64,000 nt of DNA from a virus. Both the position numbers and the translations under genes were made by a program. Below, one piece after another: positions 59,000-64,000 of the stretch (the first letter of the stretch is position 1; each line of letters starts with the position of its first letter). The notes beneath the pieces were generated by a model. The model ran no database searches. It was not told where the DNA came from and saw only the letters and a list, made by a program, of their open reading frames with translations. The stretch covers positions 1 through 64,000 of the IMG/VR virus record IMGVR_UViG_3300032282_002699; one strand, given 5' to 3'.

Positions 59000-60655
59000 A
59001 TGAAAATCAACCTGAGTGATGAAGATAAAAAACAGATAAAAGATTACCTAGATTCTAATAGTTATCTTCCTGATAAATACAGGTTCTTACTATTTGACAA
59101 TGACCGAAAAACCGAGCTAGTGTGGGAGGGAAAGACAGATCAAGTTTGCAATGAAGTAGTCCCCTTCGTAAACTCTGAGACAATAGGCTCTCAAGGCAGT
59201 AACTGCGAAGGTAATTGGGTTAATAAGTTGATATTGGGAGATAATAAGCTGATTCTGAGTTCGCTGAAGAATGGCCCCTTGCGGCAGCAAATCGAAGATC
59301 AGGGCGGCCTCAAGCTGATCTATATCGATCCGCCCTTTGACGTGGGTGCAGATTTTTCGATGGATGTCGAGATTGGAGAGAATAAATTCACTAAGAAGCC
59401 CAACATCCTTGAGGAGATAGCATACCGTGACACCTGGGGGAAGGGGGCCGATTCTTTCGTTTCCATGATTTTTGAGCGTCTTGTACTCATGAGGGACTTG
59501 CTTTCTGAGTCTGGAAGCATCTATTTGCATTGCGACTACAGAGTGACGGCAATCGTGAGATGCGCAATGGACGAAATATTCGGGGCAAAGAATCACATTA
59601 ACGAAGTCATCTGGTGCTACACTCAAGGCGGTAGGCCTCAAGAGGGATACCCCAACAAGCACGACACCCTCCACTTCTACGCAAAGAATATAGACGCATT
59701 TACCCTCAACAAAGACAAGATCAAAATCGCATACGACCTGTATTCCGACAAGTCATCCTCGGCCTTCACTAAAACAGATCAGGATGGCCGCAAATATTAC
59801 ACGAAGGTCGTAAATGGTAAGGAATATAGATATTATCAGGATGAAGGGAAGAATCCCTACGACTGGTGGAGTGATATCCCAAAAGTCACAGGCCGAGCTG
59901 CTGTTGCCGTGGGTTCCGAGCTAGTTGGATATCCCACGCAGAAGCCAGAAAAACTTCTTAATCGCATCATCCTGTCTGCTTCTGAAGAGAACGATCTAGT
60001 CGCAGACTTTTTCTGTGGTTCTGGAACAATGGCGGCAGTCGCCGAAAAACAAGGGCGTAAATGGATCGCAGCCGATCTTGGCAAGTTTGCAATACATACA
60101 ACCCGTAAGCGGATGATTGGTGTTCAAGGCCACCTTATAGACAATGGTAAAGACTACAGGTCTTTCGAGGTTATTGAAGCAAGGGGGTGCGGGAGGGATA
60201 AAAACCTAACCGAAATAGCTGATGCTGAAATTGTTTGGGAGGGTGATAGGTTTAAGGTGAACCTGATAAACTTTAGAGTAAGCTCTAGCATCTCACTAGA
60301 AGATGCAAAAAACAACTTGTTGTCCGGTAGAAAGAAAACAGCCACAGTAGTAGTCGATAACAATCTAGTAAGAGTTAGTAGACTGCCGGATAATAGTTTC
60401 TTCCAAACACAGCTAACTCACCACTGGTGTGACTGGATCGATTATTGGTCTGTTGACTTTGACTACGGTGGAAGAGAATTTAAAAGCCATTGGCAAAGTT
60501 TCAGGACCCGTAAGTGCAGGACTTTATGCTTAAGCTCTTGCGACTACCAACCTAATGGAACGACATCCATCGTGGCAGTAAAAGTTATTGACGTATTTTG
60601 TAACGAGGTCTCTCTAACTATCCCTCTGACCTTGTATAATGGTGACTTCTTATGA
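59000..60655 (+). CDS. Beta-class DNA methyltransferase (type III Mod-like), orphan
   Basis: LILGDN, IYIDPPF, YRDTW, GSIYLHCD, YPTQKPE, DFFCGSGT and DWIDYWSVDFDY motifs. Confidence 0.88.
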   Translation: MKINLSDEDKKQIKDYLDSNSYLPDKYRFLLFDNDRKTELVWEGKTDQVCNEVVPFVNSETIGSQGSNCEGNWVNKLILGDNKLILSSLKNGPLRQQIEDQGGLKLIYIDPPFDVGADFSMDVEIGENKFTKKPNILEEIAYRDTWGKGADSFVSMIFERLVLMRDLLSESGSIYLHCDYRVTAIVRCAMDEIFGAKNHINEVIWCYTQGGRPQEGYPNKHDTLHFYAKNIDAFTLNKDKIKIAYDLYSDKSSSAFTKTDQDGRKYYTKVVNGKEYRYYQDEGKNPYDWWSDIPKVTGRAAVAVGSELVGYPTQKPEKLLNRIILSASEENDLVADFFCGSGTMAAVAEKQGRKWIAADLGKFAIHTTRKRMIGVQGHLIDNGKDYRSFEVIEARGCGRDKNLTEIADAEIVWEGDRFKVNLINFRVSSSISLEDAKNNLLSGRKKTATVVVDNNLVRVSRLPDNSFFQTQLTHHWCDWIDYWSVDFDYGGREFKSHWQSFRTRKCRTLCLSSCDYQPNGTTSIVAVKVIDVFCNEVSLTIPLTLYNGDFL

Positions 60656-60739
60656 AATAATTGCGGGTGGAAACGATCTTTTTCCACATTTACAAGTTTT
60701 TTGCGAATAAATACAAAAACTTTCCCAATTCTCAAGAAA

Positions 60740-62191
60740 ATGTTACTGACTCAGGAACTGGTCAAAGAAACTGAAAAGAAGAAGCCTTACATCTCCATGA
60801 GGAAGATTGCGAGCTATCGCAAAAACCTTGTCAAAACTGAAAAAGGCAGGAGTGCTAATGCGGTATTCTCGGTGGTCGCCTTTGAGCATGAGGGCAAGGT
60901 GTCCTTTATCTGCGGTCACGGATGTAGACAATCACCGACCGACCACAAGTTCCTATTCTCCAACCACTTCACCTACACCCTGTCTCTAAAGACTAACAAA
61001 GATGGGCAGAAGAGGTTTACCTTCTATAAGGTGAATAAGGATGCTCGCACAGGGGCCAACAAAGTAATAACAGTGAGTCCCAACCGGCTAAGGGACAAGA
61101 TAGAGCAGGTGTTTGTAGATACCCGGCCCAAGAACAAAAGGGATGGTCTTCCCAAAGTTCAGCTACAAAGACTCCTATCTGTTGTTCGTGCATTCCTAAG
61201 GAGGAATGGGATCAGCTATAAAGGGCTGAGCAAAGACCCATTCTGCCTAATGTATCAGCTTTGCTACCCCGGCTCAGCAAACTTCCACGATCAGACGGTG
61301 AGGAACCTGGGATGTTCTCGACATCTGAGAAATGACCCTCTCAAAGAAGTTCTTAGGACGAAGGGAAAACTTAGTCGTAGGCTCCTCTATGGGGCAATCA
61401 TGAACCACCCCAGAGCATCTAATAAGATCCTAATCCTGGCAAGGTACATCCGCATACACAAGTCCCTTGACCATGCCCAGCAGTTCCTGAAGGCAGTATC
61501 TGAGTGTAAACGGTACTTGTCGGATGACCCGTTCATGGTCTACAAAATTAACAGCTTAAAAGTCGGGCAGATGAAAGTGTTTGACAAACTGGAAGTTACT
61601 GAGTTTGTCGAAGTCGTTAGAGATTCCCTCACCGTCTCTGACACATTCCGAATGATTGAGCAACTAGGGGGGAATAATGGCTTCAACCATGAGCAAATTC
61701 AATACAAGACGCTGAGAGAACTTCACGACCAACTGTCTCAGATGGTGCCTGGTATAGGTCGCCGGGGCCATACCATTGCATTTAAGCATTACGACTTTGA
61801 TGCGACCAAGCCGTCAATGGAGTTCTGCTCCCTGCTCTCTGAGAGAATGAGCAAGTATAAGGTTGAGTATGCGAAGAATACATTGGAACTTGAGGAACAA
61901 GCGAAGAAGATGCACAACTGCTCCTTTTTCTACCACTCTTCGATCGCAAGTGGCGGTTATGCCATCTTCTGCATTGACGATAAGTACATGTTTGGGGTTA
62001 ACCTCACAAGGGCTAAAGGGGGTTCGATCTTCGGCGGGATAGTCGAGTTAGACCAGGCTGTTACATTTTGTAATAGGAAGATTGAGGAGCATGAGCTGAG
62101 AGAAATGAATCAGGAGATTGAAAGGGTGCTGAGTGGGGTTGTCGATTATTGGTATTGTGGAAAGCTGGGAGTATGGGAAGATATTTGTTAA
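60740..62191 (+). CDS. PcfJ-like domain protein
   Basis: TLRELHDQL...LEEQAKKMHNC...Y...Q...FCN motifs. Confidence 0.6.
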   Translation: MLLTQELVKETEKKKPYISMRKIASYRKNLVKTEKGRSANAVFSVVAFEHEGKVSFICGHGCRQSPTDHKFLFSNHFTYTLSLKTNKDGQKRFTFYKVNKDARTGANKVITVSPNRLRDKIEQVFVDTRPKNKRDGLPKVQLQRLLSVVRAFLRRNGISYKGLSKDPFCLMYQLCYPGSANFHDQTVRNLGCSRHLRNDPLKEVLRTKGKLSRRLLYGAIMNHPRASNKILILARYIRIHKSLDHAQQFLKAVSECKRYLSDDPFMVYKINSLKVGQMKVFDKLEVTEFVEVVRDSLTVSDTFRMIEQLGGNNGFNHEQIQYKTLRELHDQLSQMVPGIGRRGHTIAFKHYDFDATKPSMEFCSLLSERMSKYKVEYAKNTLELEEQAKKMHNCSFFYHSSIASGGYAIFCIDDKYMFGVNLTRAKGGSIFGGIVELDQAVTFCNRKIEEHELREMNQEIERVLSGVVDYWYCGKLGVWEDIC

Positions 62192-62513
62192 CCCACCATA
62201 CGGAAAAGATAAAGAAACAAAGACTTCCATTAAAGATTGGCTCCGGCTATGTCACAATGCTAACCTTGTCCATAACTCCGAAGTCTTGGCTCTGATTCCG
62301 GTAGCCACTAATACAAGCCACTGGAAAAACTTCGTATTCGGTTCTGCTACGTCAGTATCATTTCTAGGAGACACTAGACTTAAGTTCATGATAAACGGTG
62401 TAGAAAGTGCCAAGGGTGCCCCCATGGCTTGCGCTATGGTGTATTGGGGCAATGACCACAGGAAGTTCAACAACGTATTCTCATCAGTCGGGGCGGTTGT
62501 CAGGTTGCGCTGA
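62133..62513 (+). pseudogene. 5'-truncated phage N6-adenine methyltransferase (Dam-like) fragment
   Basis: W..KIFVNPPYG...IKDW...ALIPVATNTSHW...RLKF...GAP; no N-terminal half or RBS; overlaps the upstream gene. Confidence 0.65.
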
Positions 62514-62553
62514 CTTGAGAGGGGCAGAACAGTCACGTCTCCTCAGTGCAGTG

Positions 62554-62588
62554 TGTTATAATATGGGAGTCAGCGGGCGAAGCCCGCA
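62554..62588 (+). promoter_or_regulatory. Early promoter/stem-loop element, copy 8
   Basis: TGT-TATAAT(62557)-ATGGGAGTCA-GCGGGC gaa GCCCGC-AC; ATG at 62602. Confidence 0.85.
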
Positions 62589-62601
62589 CCGCTCCAAAAC
62601 C

Positions 62602-62904
62602 ATGGACAACGCCAACCAGACCGTCAACCACGAGCTTATCCGCCAGGTGATCCAGGAGGCTGGGTCGAAGATGGTCTCCGTGACCTTCACCAAGGCCGAT
62701 GGCAGCGAGCGTCAGCTCACCTTCAACCCCCGCCACAAGGGGCAGATCCTGGGCACTGGCAACCCCATCAAGGATCCCGAGAAGGCTCAGAATGTCTTCC
62801 GCATCATGGACATCAACCTGAATGAGTGGAGGAGCTTTGATGCCCGCCGGGTCTACCGGGTCAAGTTCCAAGGGAAGGTGGTGGATCTGCCCACCGCCGC
62901 CTAA
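62602..62904 (+). CDS. Small Sm/SH3-like (WYL/DUF2693-type) beta-barrel protein (cassette gene)
   Basis: VTFTKADGSERQL...MDINLNEWRSF motifs. Confidence 0.65.
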   Translation: MDNANQTVNHELIRQVIQEAGSKMVSVTFTKADGSERQLTFNPRHKGQILGTGNPIKDPEKAQNVFRIMDINLNEWRSFDARRVYRVKFQGKVVDLPTAA

Positions 62905-62914
62905 TCCTTTTGTC

Positions 62915-62940
62915 AAGCCCTGGCTAACGCTGGGGCTTTT
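62915..62940 (+). terminator. Rho-independent terminator
   Basis: AAGCCCTGGC taac GCTGGGGCTT followed by TT. Confidence 0.7.
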
Positions 62941-64000
62941 CCCTATTTCCCTTCTTGCTTAGAAAATGGATAACCATCCGATGCAACCCTCAGAGCAACA
63001 ACTCAACCAGTGGTTCCGTGAGGCCCGGAATGCCCACCCTACCTCATACCTATGTGGCAAGGATACAGCCACCATTGCCCACCATGTTGCGAAACATGCT
63101 TATGCTGCTGCCGCTGACACTCAACTTGAGGTGTGTGCAGACTTCCTTGACAACTGCCTCCTCCCCTTAACACGGGCCAACCTCATGGAGAACTGTAGGC
63201 CGAAGCCCCTTAGCAAAAAGCAGAAGGCGCTGAAGGCTCTGGACAGGCTATCAAAGAGTGACTACCCAGCAAACATGCAGGATGATGCTGATTACGAGGC
63301 CATTCGGTCAGCATTGGATGAGATCCCTGGAGATTGACCTCACCTAAGGAACTGTAAATGTCCAAGAAAGATAGGTCAGGGTCAAGGCTTTTCCAGCATC
63401 GCTACAAAGGTGATGTTGTTGAAGTTTGGTATGGCCCTCCCGACGATTTCGAAAGCGAGCTTATCACAGCTATTCACTACACCTTCATCCCTGAGCTAAT
63501 TGCCACCCTTAGGGGTTGCCTTGGGGATAAGGCACGGTCTTACCCCAACGACTGAATCAAACCCCAGGAATAAGAAGGAATTTTCAATGGAAAGGGCAAC
63601 TGCGATTTCAGGGTCTATTGATGATGCAGTTAAGGGACTTGTGAGTGAGACAATGGGCCTAACCCTCAAACCCTGCCGTGGTGATCGAGAGAGGGTTATC
63701 GCCGCTGTTTTGCAATGGGTGGTTGATAACCTTAGCGCTCAGGGGGTTGAGGGAAGCATCATTTTAGAGGGGGATGTTGGGAAGGTTATTGAAAGGTTGA
63801 GGTTGTTGTCGGAGCAAAAGGAGGGCCGCCCTCTTGATAGAGTGACTGTCTGTGGAACTATGGAAATGACCTATCAACCTAGCTCCTTCAGGACAGACCA
63901 AAGTTCGGATAAACTTAAGGAGGAATGAAATGAACTACTTTGCACTGATTAGGTCCCCAAGAAGTGTATCCATAACTCTGCCCGATTCAGGGTTCCACAT

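Noticed and set aside
4154-62588. Repeated element as a CRISPR array or integron attC sites
   Set aside because: Copies are dispersed and variable, contain a -10 box, lack regular spacers and GTTRRRY/RYYYAAC ends, and no cas or integrase gene is seen.
10440-62601. Shared peptide (W/C)YNMGVR/S in ORF-track N-termini (10440, 17724, 26015, 62407; similar in 18729 and 58606)
   Set aside because: It is the translation of the repeated promoter/stem-loop DNA. The likely starts are downstream (10548, 17763, 26117, 62602).
1-64000. tRNA, rRNA, photosynthesis genes, integrase, inteins
   Set aside because: None recognised by eye. The polymerase and topoisomerase lengths need no intein. tRNAscan-SE would be needed to exclude tRNAs.

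Overview
A 64 kb segment of a large lytic myophage, with nearly all genes on the + strand. It is most likely a cyanophage, because it encodes a family A DNA polymerase of the mitochondrial Pol-gamma type. A core block at about 31.9-54.2 kb encodes a GyrA/ParC-like topoisomerase subunit, the polymerase, a frameshifted tail chaperone pair, a giant tail sheath, a baseplate wedge and a Mu-type head module (DUF935 portal, gpI-like protease/scaffold, MuF-like protein, decoration protein). The flanks are accessory regions of small ORFs, nucleotide and RNA-repair enzymes, and methyltransferases. Five signals stand out. (1) Several proteins share an N-terminal Cys-rich leader (RCxxGKSCGxxCIxxxKxC) fused to unrelated payloads (zeta kinase, PGDYG, ADP-ribosyltransferase-like); the toxin-like members sit next to tiny uncalled ORFs, suggesting a phage polymorphic effector/immunity system. 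(2) At least eight copies of a conserved extended -10 promoter plus GC stem-loop element head single-gene cassettes. (3) A GGGTAA motif lies upstream of many late or core genes. (4) Periodic [F/Y/H]-x-E sites run through the expanded protease/scaffold. (5) A CCCAAAG -1 frameshift site joins the tail chaperone ORFs. All family assignments come from motif recognition by eye; no searches were run.
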